The position numbers and the translations under genes were made by a program. Under the pieces are notes generated by a model. The model made no database searches. It was not told the origin of the DNA and saw nothing but the letters and a program-made list of their open reading frames with translations. This document shows positions 1 to 8,952 of a DNA stretch of 64,000 nt, one piece after another. Location: positions 21,216 to 85,215 of the forward strand of contig CAYMOC010000001.1 of the NCBI GenBank assembly GCA_964391965.1, read 5' to 3'. The DNA comes from an uncultured Thermoplasmatales archaeon (lineage in GTDB: Archaea > Thermoplasmatota > E2 > DHVEG-1). Position 1 is the stretch's first letter, and each line of letters begins with the position of its first letter.

Positions 1-3000
1 TGATAATGTTGGGGCCTGGTTACCTGAGCTGATAGTAAATGTAAATGTGTCAGATGCAACTTCGAGATTATCATCAGTGACAGTAATTGTTACATCATAA
101 GTTCCCGTCGAATCAAAACTATGAGATGTGGATTGGACGTTATTATTTTTGTTGCTATATGTGTCTGTTTCTCCGTCACCAAAATCAAATACATAGTCAT
201 AAGGAGCGGTTCTATCACTTCCAGATATCGTTGCAGTGAATTCATATGAAACATCTACTGATCCTTCTCCACTTGGACCTGAAAGATCTACTGACAGATC
301 ATAATCTGGATCATTGTATATTGTAACAGTATGATATTTTGATATTTCATAAGAGTTTTGAAGATCCTTAACCCAAAATTCTGCAGTATACTCTCCAGGT
401 TCAACATACACATGTGTCTCTGAGAAAGGCAACTCAGATTCTGATATGACTGTATGAGTACCATCTCCAAAGTAAAGATACATTAAATAATTTTCAGAAC
501 CGCCAGTTACATCACCCTCAAAAGTAACATCATGATGTTCTGTTCCTGTGTCATCACCATCAAATGTTACTGTCAGATCATCATAACTTATTGTAACTGT
601 CGCTGTATCACTTTCAGTGGTTCCTGAGTCATCGGTTACTGTTATTTCTGCGGTATATGTCCCAGTTGAGGTATAAGTATGAGCAGGATCTTTTTCTGTT
701 GAAGTCCCACCATCTCCAAAAGTCCATAGGTAGCTATAAGGTGGATCCCCTCCACTTACTTCAGGATTGAATTGTACTGGCTCTCCAACAACTCCATAAT
801 AATTGTTAGATGGTGAGTTGTATTTTGCATCGACATATAATGGATCATTTCCTCCTAAAACTGTATACCAGTCGTCTTCATTTTGTCCACCGTTGAACGT
901 TATATCCATGCTGTTAACACCGCCTATGATTCCATCATTGTAAACACTTGGGATCCAAACACCAAGGACTTTATTCATTATAACGCTGTGGTAATGTGCA
1001 CCAAAATCATATCCTGTTATTCTAAATCCTAAATTATCATCTAATAAAACTGCTGTTTGGAAGTATTCGATTGTATCTTCATTATCTGTATCCAAATAGA
1101 ATAGTCTTTTTGAATCGGGGTTGTTTTCATGTTCACCTATACCAACTACGCCGACTGAACTCGATAATAATTGTAGATCAATTGTGGCTAGACCATCGAA
1201 ATCAAGTATCAGCCCATTTCTTGAAACAGTGAACTCTAATTCGCCATTATTTAGTTGGTTTATTCCTTGGTTTCTTGAAAAATCTGTTTGCCATTCTACT
1301 GCTTTTCCATAATAAATTGCACCGGAATAATGATACCAATCTGAGTCTTTGCAGAAACGAACGCTTCCATCAAATGAAACACTTCCAGCGAATTCCCATC
1401 CACCTAGTAAAAGATTAAATGACAGATCTGTTAGACCTTGTGAACTGAACCAAACATATTGCTTGGCTGAATCTGAGGCATGATCTGCCCATCCGATTCT
1501 TGCATTATTAGCATTTATTTCAAATGAGACATCTGTTGTTATTTCAAAAGATGTTGAACCATCTTTTGTAACGATTAGATGGAATGTTCCTGCTGTTGAT
1601 TGCATTTGACCGTTTAATTGTATTTCGTCAGCAGAGTTGATATTACTATCTCCAGACATACTATTCCAATCATATTTTTTAGCATAGAAATTATTTAACA
1701 ATTTTATGTTTAATGCATCAAAGTCAACATCTACACTGTCAAAATCAAGCATCAAATCAAGAGTGTTAAGAGTGTTTGTACCAGTACTTTCAATCCATTT
1801 ACATTCAGTGTTTCCTGAATTCTTGTCTCCAACTCCAAACTCTACATAGTTTGCATCTACATCTATAACTGTTAAATCACATCTTATTTGGCTGTCTTTT
1901 ACTCTTAATACTGATAAGCTGAGTCCACCGGTAAAATAGACATGTTTACTATTTGTATAACCTGTTTTTTCATTTAGTTTATAACCAAATTCTGAACCTG
2001 TATCCACAGTTCCTGTAAGCTCTATTGCTTTTACACCAGAGTTTCTTGATAAATCAAATGAACCTGTTATTCCACTTGGACTTGTTATATAAAATTCTTT
2101 AATTCCATTTAGACCTTGACCGTCTAAACATGTTAATTCTGCATCAACATCACCAGCAAACTCTGTTTCAATTATAACTTCTGTTAAAAATCGTATCGAA
2201 CCGCAACTGCCCGCGTAATCCCATTCTGCATGGAAATCAAGATGCTTTAACTTATCATTAGAAGAATATTGTATATTGTATACTTTTATTTCAAATTCAG
2301 AGAGCTCATGTGAACCATAGATAAGATTAAAGATTTCTTCACTGTTTTTCATAACTTTTATGTAATCATATTGTCCATGGACTCCATTAGTTGTATAAAG
2401 ACGCATTAAGGTTGGTTTCATTCCTAATAGATCTCCTTCCCATTCAAAGGTTAAATCGCCATAGAAATTACGTGAGTTTTCGATTCTGAAATTGAAATTT
2501 TTTCCACCAATAGTGGTATCGATTATGAACCAATCCCAGTTAAGAGAATGACTTCTTACAATTGTTGCATATTTTTGAACCCGGTCAACACATGCATAAA
2601 GTGTTCCTGATGTTTCACCATTTTTTAGATTGAAAGTCGTGTCAAACAGAGCCATATTAAATTCAAATAAGCTCTTTGTAGTTCCATGATTCCAATCAAG
2701 CTCAATTTTATTGAAGCTAAAAGTGTTGAGATTTACACCGGTTGCACTGAAATCTAGACGTGTGTAACTGCTTTTACTTTTCATTCTAGTGACATCGAAG
2801 TATTTTTTCAAACCAAAACCAAATACTGAAACACTAACTTCTAATCCCTGTACAAGTTTTTCAGTAGAACCCTGATGTTGATAAATTAAATCAAGGTTTA
2901 CAACGCTTCCTGAAAGACTTGCTGATAAATCAAAAAATGTTGAACCAGATCCAATCTTTTCCCAGTAATCACGAATTATTTGAACCTCTAGACTTACAGA

Positions 3001-6000
3001 AGGTATTACTACTCCAAGAGTGAAATTATCTATAACTGTTTTACCTGAATGAGCATGATTGAAATTAAAATCAAGTGAACCAGATGACATACTGTTTATT
3101 ACTAAAGCAAAACCAGTAGATGTACTGCCAGAGTTCTGGAAAGTAAAATCTCCATCCATATACACTCTGTTTTGATTTGGACCAGTTGCACCGGCTGAAA
3201 CTTTTAGACTTGTTACACTAGCGCTACTAATAGAACCTGAGAACGCGAATTTTCCACTAAGATCATCAACGGAAACCATTGTACCATCTACTTGTAATAA
3301 AATTGCGCCGCTATTTGTAACAGATCTTACTCGACTAGATGAAACTGCAAGGCCACCAGTGATTCCTGAAACTGTTGCACTAACAGCAAAATCAAGATTT
3401 GTTATCTCCATGATTTTTTGACTAGTATGTTGGTTTTCTAATACTATATCAAATGTTTTTTCATCAAAATCTGCAAATGCATAAATCCTTGTTGATCTGC
3501 CAGTGTTTTGATCCATATGAAACTCGCCAGCAAGCGATACATCAAAAGCACCGGTTCCTACACCAACAGCACCATCTATGTAGAAATTATCCAAAGTAAT
3601 TTTAGCGTTACTTTCAAGTGTGAAACAAATATCACCAGAAATGTCATCAAGTGTTATTCCCTGGCCTTGTAAACTGTTTATAATGCCCATAATGTTCACA
3701 CTAGTTATTTCTAATAACAATGATGAGCCGCTGTCTTTATGGAAATAATCAACACCAGTTGCTGCATGAAGAACACCAGCGACATAAACTTCTAAATCAA
3801 GATGCTCGATAGTTATTTGTGGAGAATTCTCTGTTTCAAATTTCACGGTTAACTCATCGTCTTCTGTATTATAATCAAAATAGAATGTTCTTTGACCGGA
3901 TCCTTGATCTATTGTTCTTTGGAATTTATCACAGCTAAGATCTACACTGAAAACTGTTTCAATACCTACTGAAAACAAAAAGTCTTCCATAAGAAAATCA
4001 AGGTTTCGGTTTACATCTCTATCGATTGTAACCGAGATATATTCTTCTTTAATCCATTCGATAGTTGTTTCTCCATAGGTTTGACCGGTTGAATCCTTGG
4101 ATATATCACCTTGTATTACAAAATTAAAATCACCAGACAATGGATAAAGTTGGTTGTCTTTATCAACATTTAATTCTAAATCTATCTCTAGATCTATATC
4201 AGATGTGGATTGTTTTGTTCTCTCCCAACTAATTGTTCCATCATCTTGACTTATGTCAAACGTGAAATTTGCACCAGCATTATTTGATTTGATTTTCTGA
4301 ATATCAAGAGCAAAGATATCTCTGACTATGAAAGTAGCTGATTGTATATCAACTAATAATGTGCCTTCAGCATTAAAAACAAAATCATCTGTTCCAAGTC
4401 CATTCCATGAAAGATTAAATATACCGTCACCTGAGGAAAACGTAAATATTCCTGAAACTTGGAAAACAAGATCATCACCTTCATATTTGGAGAAATCTAC
4501 ATCCATATATGCTGATCCAGAAGGCCCGACTCTTATCCAACCCTGTGAAAAATCTTGAGCAATATCCCATGTAACATTTTGTACTGTAACATTTAAACCA
4601 AAAGTATACGTTTTTGGACCTATCAAATGCAGTGTTGGTTTATTCCAACTGAACTCATTAGCTCTGATATATAATCCAAATAATTCTAACTGAGATGAAA
4701 GAACTATTTCTCCAGCTAATGATATTCCGCCTCCATCATTTTGGCTGTTAAATTGTAAAAATAACCCACCATCTTTAGGAGTAGTAGTATCATAAACTAG
4801 TTTATCTATATGAATAGTTGAATCGACATCATCAAAACCTTCAATTGGTAAAAATGAAAGATCTAAATTATTAGCTTCAATATGTATATCTTCTATAGTG
4901 AGTTCATTTCCAATTTTACTACGAGTTATATCAACAGAGTTATCTTCAAAATCAAGTTCTACTTCAAAACTAGTGGGTTCATTAGAACTTTTAATTTCTA
5001 AACTACTCCATGAAAAACTACCTTCAAATGGTTCATCATTTCCTCCTTCTTCAGGTAATTTTTCAATTGTAAGATCAACATTAAAATCTCCTATGTTGAC
5101 ATACGTAGATTTTTCTTTATGTATTTCAAATTTGAAAGTTCGATCTCCGAAATCAAAGTTTTTAACAACAACAAGAACGCCTGATCCTGAGGATATTAAC
5201 TCCATTTTAGTTGGAAGAACATTTGAATAATATTCTCCATCGTAACAACGTGCTACAATAAGATAAATACCAGCTGTTATTTCTGATGTATCCCAATCAT
5301 AATTCCAACTACTCCAGTCACTGTTATGATTGGTAACATTCACCCATGAATATTCCGTGTTAGTTCCAGCGAAAGTATTTTGTGGCAACATAGCTAGTTG
5401 AACTTGTTCTATAGATCTACCAGAATAGCCTTTGAAAGCCTGACCTTGGACGTTTACAACATCTTCAACAACTGCATGCAATGAAGGGTTATCTATACGT
5501 ACAGACGGAGGATTAAAAGATGGACCGTTATCAACATTGACATAAATAATATCTGTATCTTCATAGCCCATACTATCTAAGCATCTTGCCTCAATAGGAT
5601 AATAACCATTACAAACTGTTTTAGAATCCCAATCAAAATCCCAAACTTCTTTACCCGACGCATCTTGCCATTCACCATTATTTATTCTTATTTGAACAAG
5701 ACTTATAGGTCTTCCTTGTGTAGCAGCAGTTGCTGTACCATTAATTTTTACGATATCTGAAACATCTGAACCATCAAAGGGACCTGTAATATTTATGACA
5801 GGGTTTTCAACCTCGTCTTCAACATTTAAAGTAATAATATCAGGTGGAGAATGAAAGTTTCCATCAAAACTTCTAGCTCTAACTAAATAAGTACCAGGTT
5901 CAAGATCTGAAGCATCCCAATTATAAGTCCAGGAACTTGTACCAGATGCTGAAGCCCAACCTTCATCATTTCCAATTGATAATTCAACTGATTCAACAGG

Positions 6001-8709
6001 GTGACTGCTTGAACCAGGTGAAGCTGAACCTTTTATCGAAATAACTCCTTTAACAGTTGACCCATCAGATGGTGAATTAATTTGAACAGAAGGTATTTGA
6101 ACCTGTCCTTTTACAACAGTTACTGAATCTATTACAGAGTAACGATATCCATCATAACTACGAGCTTCTATTATATGCTCGCCATTTGAAACAGATGAAG
6201 TATCCCAACTATAATCCCAGTAACTATCTCCATTGGCTTCCATCCAACTTCCTTCATCAACACGAACTTCAACTTTTTCAACAAGCCTAGTATAGATTCC
6301 AGAGTACGCTGTACCCTCAATTGACACCATTCCATCAACTACATCTCCATCTGAAGGTATAATTATTCTAACTGTTGGAACAACATGATTTGCAACTATA
6401 ACAGATAAAACATCTAATGATGAATAACGACTTCCATCATAACTACGAGCCTTAATGATATGTTCACCATCATCTAGTACTGTGGTATCCCAACTGTAAC
6501 TCCATTTCTCGGTTCCAGTGACCTTTTTCCATCCATTGTTATCAATCATCACTTCGACTTTATCAATAGAACTTCCACCTTCACCAGGAGCTGCAGTTCC
6601 AGTTATTGTAACAATATCAGAAACAACTGGAGTTTCAAGTTCATCAGCATTAGGATATGTTATATTAACAGTTGGAACAATTACTTCTTTTATTACTATA
6701 TCAGAGTCGATACTATCTATTGTGAACTCACAATTTTTCGATACAAATATTCTTACAGCAGCCGCATCAACCCTATCAATTATAGATTGCCTTAATGGCA
6801 GAATTGGAGTGAAAGAAACAGTCAACTCGCCACTATCTGAATATGTTTTTGAAAAATCAATATTTCTAACGTCAAGATCAAAATCAACAACTCTATTACC
6901 TAATAAACCACTTAAACCGGTCATATATATTGGTATTTCATTTGCTTCAACAACTAATTTAGATATTGAGAAATCCCAGCCGTTGCTAATACTAACTCCG
7001 ATTCCAGCTTCTGCATCATTTATTGGACCTCTTAGAATGCCGCCTACATCAAGAATAAATGGTTGATCGCTACTTCTCGATATATGCCCATCTAATGAAA
7101 GATAAAGATAGTCGGATGTTACATCTATGAATATGTCTCTTTCTATGTCTAGATTATTTTTTATTTCAAAGTAGCCTGTTAAGAGTTTAAAAACAATGGT
7201 AACATCTAATATTCCATCTGATTCTATCGAAAATTCTGTTGTGCAATCTCCTCCAAGCATTCCTATTGTTTCAAAATAACCATTCAAAGATAGTCTTTTA
7301 TCCGCATATACATGGATTTTGTTTTTTCTAATAATGTTTAAATCATAGTTTATTGTACCGCTTGTTGGAAGATCAGAAAGATAAAGGCATTCTTTTGGAT
7401 TAAATAAATCATCAAACCAACCGATTTGACTTATAGATTCATCCCCTGAATCAAGTTCAATCCATCCTTTCATTATTGACAAACCCAATGAAAAAGAGAA
7501 TTGTTTTGGTAGATACTTAATATAAAAATAATCTAAATCCGAGAAAACATCAATGTTTCCTGCTAATTGTGAGACTAAACCATTATATCTATAAAAAATG
7601 ACATTAACGTTTTCTTTACTTATGCGCTCATAAGATATATCAATTTCAGGGCTGATAATTTTTATATTACTTTTAAAGACTAATTCTGTTTTCTTTGGAA
7701 GATTCTCTATATAAAAACCAAGACGCACAATTTCAAAATCTTCAGTTTCTACATTCCACTGTACATCCACACTCGTTTGTTCATCAACTTGAACTGATAA
7801 TTCTCTATTATTAAAACCAAGAATGTCATTGAGTTTTACAGTACCTTTCACAAATTTTTCAAAATTAAAAGCAAGTTCTCCCTCAAAAAGCCCCAGAACC
7901 AAAGTTAACCTATCATTTTTACTATCCCCTGGATTTATTTCAAAAATATGAGTTGGTTTTTTTACAGGATTTAACAGATTAGGAGCGAGTTTATATGTAA
8001 CAGTGCAACTTGATGGTATCTGTTCACCTTGAAGAGATCTGTATCCAAAATCTACACTTTTACCATCAAGATTACTTAAAAGAAAACCAGGAAAATTCAG
8101 TCTTGCATAAGCCTCTAAAAAATCTTTATTATTAATACTGCTACCACTTAGAAGTTCTATATTCAGGTTAAAATTAATAGTAAAAGACAGGGTTTTAAAA
8201 TCAAAACCAGGCAACACTGTCACACGAGCAGAAACATCATCTCCACCCGTTCCATCAACATCAACCTTAACAGTTTGAAACAAACCTAAACCAGTACTTG
8301 TTTCAACACCAGAATAATTAGTATGAAAAGTAAGCAGATTATCTAAAAAACCAAGTAATCTATGATCTCTGGAACCATCTAACAAACGAAAAGAACTATC
8401 ACTTTCATTATCATCATTTTTATCTCTATTAAAAAAATCTTTGATTTTTTCTTTAGCAGAAGAAAACCTCTGACCAAGCCGGGTATCCTTAAAACCACCA
8501 TTCAACAAACCAGAATTTTCTTTAGTGTCTGTTTGGTTATTTTCATCTAAATTTTCAGTATCTTCTTCTGATTTATCTAAAATAGAAGCATTAACAGTTG
8601 ATGTCGCCACAGACAGCAACATCATTAGGACTGCTAAAATTGATACGATTTTAATTGATTTTTTCCAATAGTTTTTTATTGAAACCTTATCATCTATTAT
8701 CTTTTTCAT
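1..8709 (-). CDS. Giant secreted surface protein, paralog B. It is partial, with the ATG at 8709 and the reading frame leaving the window at position 1, so more than 2900 aa lie in the window. It has a signal peptide, ~95-aa Ig-like repeats, a PKD domain near 640-800 and beta-rich modules.
   Basis: The ORF track shows no stop-delimited minus-strand ORF in 1-8700, consistent with one frame running off the edge. My reverse-complement reading of 8650-8709 gives MKKIIDDKVSIKNYWKK followed by a hydrophobic signal segment. The N-terminal ~250 aa are nearly identical to the gene at 8953-19152. The PKD motif YLWTFGDGGTSTEKDPAHTYTSTGTYTAEITVTDDSG was read from the reverse complement of ~640-800. Confidence 0.7.
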   Translation of the reverse strand, partial: MKKIIDDKVSIKNYWKKSIKIVSILAVLMMLLSVATSTVNASILDKSEEDTENLDENNQTDTKENSGLLNGGFKDTRLGQRFSSAKEKIKDFFNRDKNDDNESDSSFRLLDGSRDHRLLGFLDNLLTFHTNYSGVETSTGLGLFQTVKVDVDGTGGDDVSARVTVLPGFDFKTLSFTINFNLNIELLSGSSINNKDFLEAYARLNFPGFLLSNLDGKSVDFGYRSLQGEQIPSSCTVTYKLAPNLLNPVKKPTHIFEINPGDSKNDRLTLVLGLFEGELAFNFEKFVKGTVKLNDILGFNNRELSVQVDEQTSVDVQWNVETEDFEIVRLGFYIENLPKKTELVFKSNIKIISPEIDISYERISKENVNVIFYRYNGLVSQLAGNIDVFSDLDYFYIKYLPKQFSFSLGLSIMKGWIELDSGDESISQIGWFDDLFNPKECLYLSDLPTSGTINYDLNIIRKNKIHVYADKRLSLNGYFETIGMLGGDCTTEFSIESDGILDVTIVFKLLTGYFEIKNNLDIERDIFIDVTSDYLYLSLDGHISRSSDQPFILDVGGILRGPINDAEAGIGVSISNGWDFSISKLVVEANEIPIYMTGLSGLLGNRVVDFDLDVRNIDFSKTYSDSGELTVSFTPILPLRQSIIDRVDAAAVRIFVSKNCEFTIDSIDSDIVIKEVIVPTVNITYPNADELETPVVSDIVTITGTAAPGEGGSSIDKVEVMIDNNGWKKVTGTEKWSYSWDTTVLDDGEHIIKARSYDGSRYSSLDVLSVIVANHVVPTVRIIIPSDGDVVDGMVSIEGTAYSGIYTRLVEKVEVRVDEGSWMEANGDSYWDYSWDTSSVSNGEHIIEARSYDGYRYSVIDSVTVVKGQVQIPSVQINSPSDGSTVKGVISIKGSASPGSSSHPVESVELSIGNDEGWASASGTSSWTYNWDASDLEPGTYLVRARSFDGNFHSPPDIITLNVEDEVENPVINITGPFDGSDVSDIVKINGTATAATQGRPISLVQIRINNGEWQDASGKEVWDFDWDSKTVCNGYYPIEARCLDSMGYEDTDIIYVNVDNGPSFNPPSVRIDNPSLHAVVEDVVNVQGQAFKGYSGRSIEQVQLAMLPQNTFAGTNTEYSWVNVTNHNSDWSSWNYDWDTSEITAGIYLIVARCYDGEYYSNVLPTKMELISSGSGVLVVVKNFDFGDRTFKFEIHKEKSTYVNIGDFNVDLTIEKLPEEGGNDEPFEGSFSWSSLEIKSSNEPTSFEVELDFEDNSVDITRSKIGNELTIEDIHIEANNLDLSFLPIEGFDDVDSTIHIDKLVYDTTTPKDGGLFLQFNSQNDGGGISLAGEIVLSSQLELFGLYIRANEFSWNKPTLHLIGPKTYTFGLNVTVQNVTWDIAQDFSQGWIRVGPSGSAYMDVDFSKYEGDDLVFQVSGIFTFSSGDGIFNLSWNGLGTDDFVFNAEGTLLVDIQSATFIVRDIFALDIQKIKSNNAGANFTFDISQDDGTISWERTKQSTSDIDLEIDLELNVDKDNQLYPLSGDFNFVIQGDISKDSTGQTYGETTIEWIKEEYISVTIDRDVNRNLDFLMEDFLFSVGIETVFSVDLSCDKFQRTIDQGSGQRTFYFDYNTEDDELTVKFETENSPQITIEHLDLEVYVAGVLHAATGVDYFHKDSGSSLLLEITSVNIMGIINSLQGQGITLDDISGDICFTLESNAKITLDNFYIDGAVGVGTGAFDVSLAGEFHMDQNTGRSTRIYAFADFDEKTFDIVLENQHTSQKIMEITNLDFAVSATVSGITGGLAVSSSRVRSVTNSGAILLQVDGTMVSVDDLSGKFAFSGSISSASVTSLKVSAGATGPNQNRVYMDGDFTFQNSGSTSTGFALVINSMSSGSLDFNFNHAHSGKTVIDNFTLGVVIPSVSLEVQIIRDYWEKIGSGSTFFDLSASLSGSVVNLDLIYQHQGSTEKLVQGLEVSVSVFGFGLKKYFDVTRMKSKSSYTRLDFSATGVNLNTFSFNKIELDWNHGTTKSLFEFNMALFDTTFNLKNGETSGTLYACVDRVQKYATIVRSHSLNWDWFIIDTTIGGKNFNFRIENSRNFYGDLTFEWEGDLLGMKPTLMRLYTTNGVHGQYDYIKVMKNSEEIFNLIYGSHELSEFEIKVYNIQYSSNDKLKHLDFHAEWDYAGSCGSIRFLTEVIIETEFAGDVDAELTCLDGQGLNGIKEFYITSPSGITGSFDLSRNSGVKAIELTGTVDTGSEFGYKLNEKTGYTNSKHVYFTGGLSLSVLRVKDSQIRCDLTVIDVDANYVEFGVGDKNSGNTECKWIESTGTNTLNTLDLMLDFDSVDVDFDALNIKLLNNFYAKKYDWNSMSGDSNINSADEIQLNGQMQSTAGTFHLIVTKDGSTSFEITTDVSFEINANNARIGWADHASDSAKQYVWFSSQGLTDLSFNLLLGGWEFAGSVSFDGSVRFCKDSDWYHYSGAIYYGKAVEWQTDFSRNQGINQLNNGELEFTVSRNGLILDFDGLATIDLQLLSSSVGVVGIGEHENNPDSKRLFYLDTDNEDTIEYFQTAVLLDDNLGFRITGYDFGAHYHSVIMNKVLGVWIPSVYNDGIIGGVNSMDITFNGGQNEDDWYTVLGGNDPLYVDAKYNSPSNNYYGVVGEPVQFNPEVSGGDPPYSYLWTFGDGGTSTEKDPAHTYTSTGTYTAEITVTDDSGTTESDTATVTISYDDLTVTFDGDDTGTEHHDVTFEGDVTGGSENYLMYLYFGDGTHTVISESELPFSETHVYVEPGEYTAEFWVKDLQNSYEISKYHTVTIYNDPDYDLSVDLSGPSGEGSVDVSYEFTATISGSDRTAPYDYVFDFGDGETDTYSNKNNNVQSTSHSFDSTGTYDVTITVTDDNLEVASDTFTFTISSGNQAPTLS
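8150..8520. repeat. Dispersed ~370-bp repeat, copy 1 of 2. It encodes the conserved N-terminal region of the giant proteins and is ~97% identical to 18600-18965.
   Basis: Direct comparison of the two DNA stretches shows only scattered single-base differences. Confidence 0.8.
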
Positions 8710-8952
8710 CTATAAATCCTCCAAAGTATTGGATTAGATTTTTTTTCTCCCTCTATTATTTACTAATCTTTATTAATTTGTAGTTCAAAGTATAAATAGT
8801 TTATTATATATATGTTTTCATTATAATAAATACGAGGTGGATTTTTTCCATTGTCAAAATGAATAAATCTAAGGAGTATTTTAATATTTAAACTAATGAA
8901 TATATAAATGACATTTGTATTTAATTAAATATTTAAGTCATTAATTTTTTAG

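Noticed and set aside
1121-7066. Plus-strand ORFs (1121-1312, 4328-4558, 4898-5230, 6518-7066) inside the region of giant gene B
   Set aside because: They are antisense to a long continuous minus-strand frame. They have low-complexity Ser/Thr/Pro-rich translations typical of antisense frames of T/S/N-rich genes.
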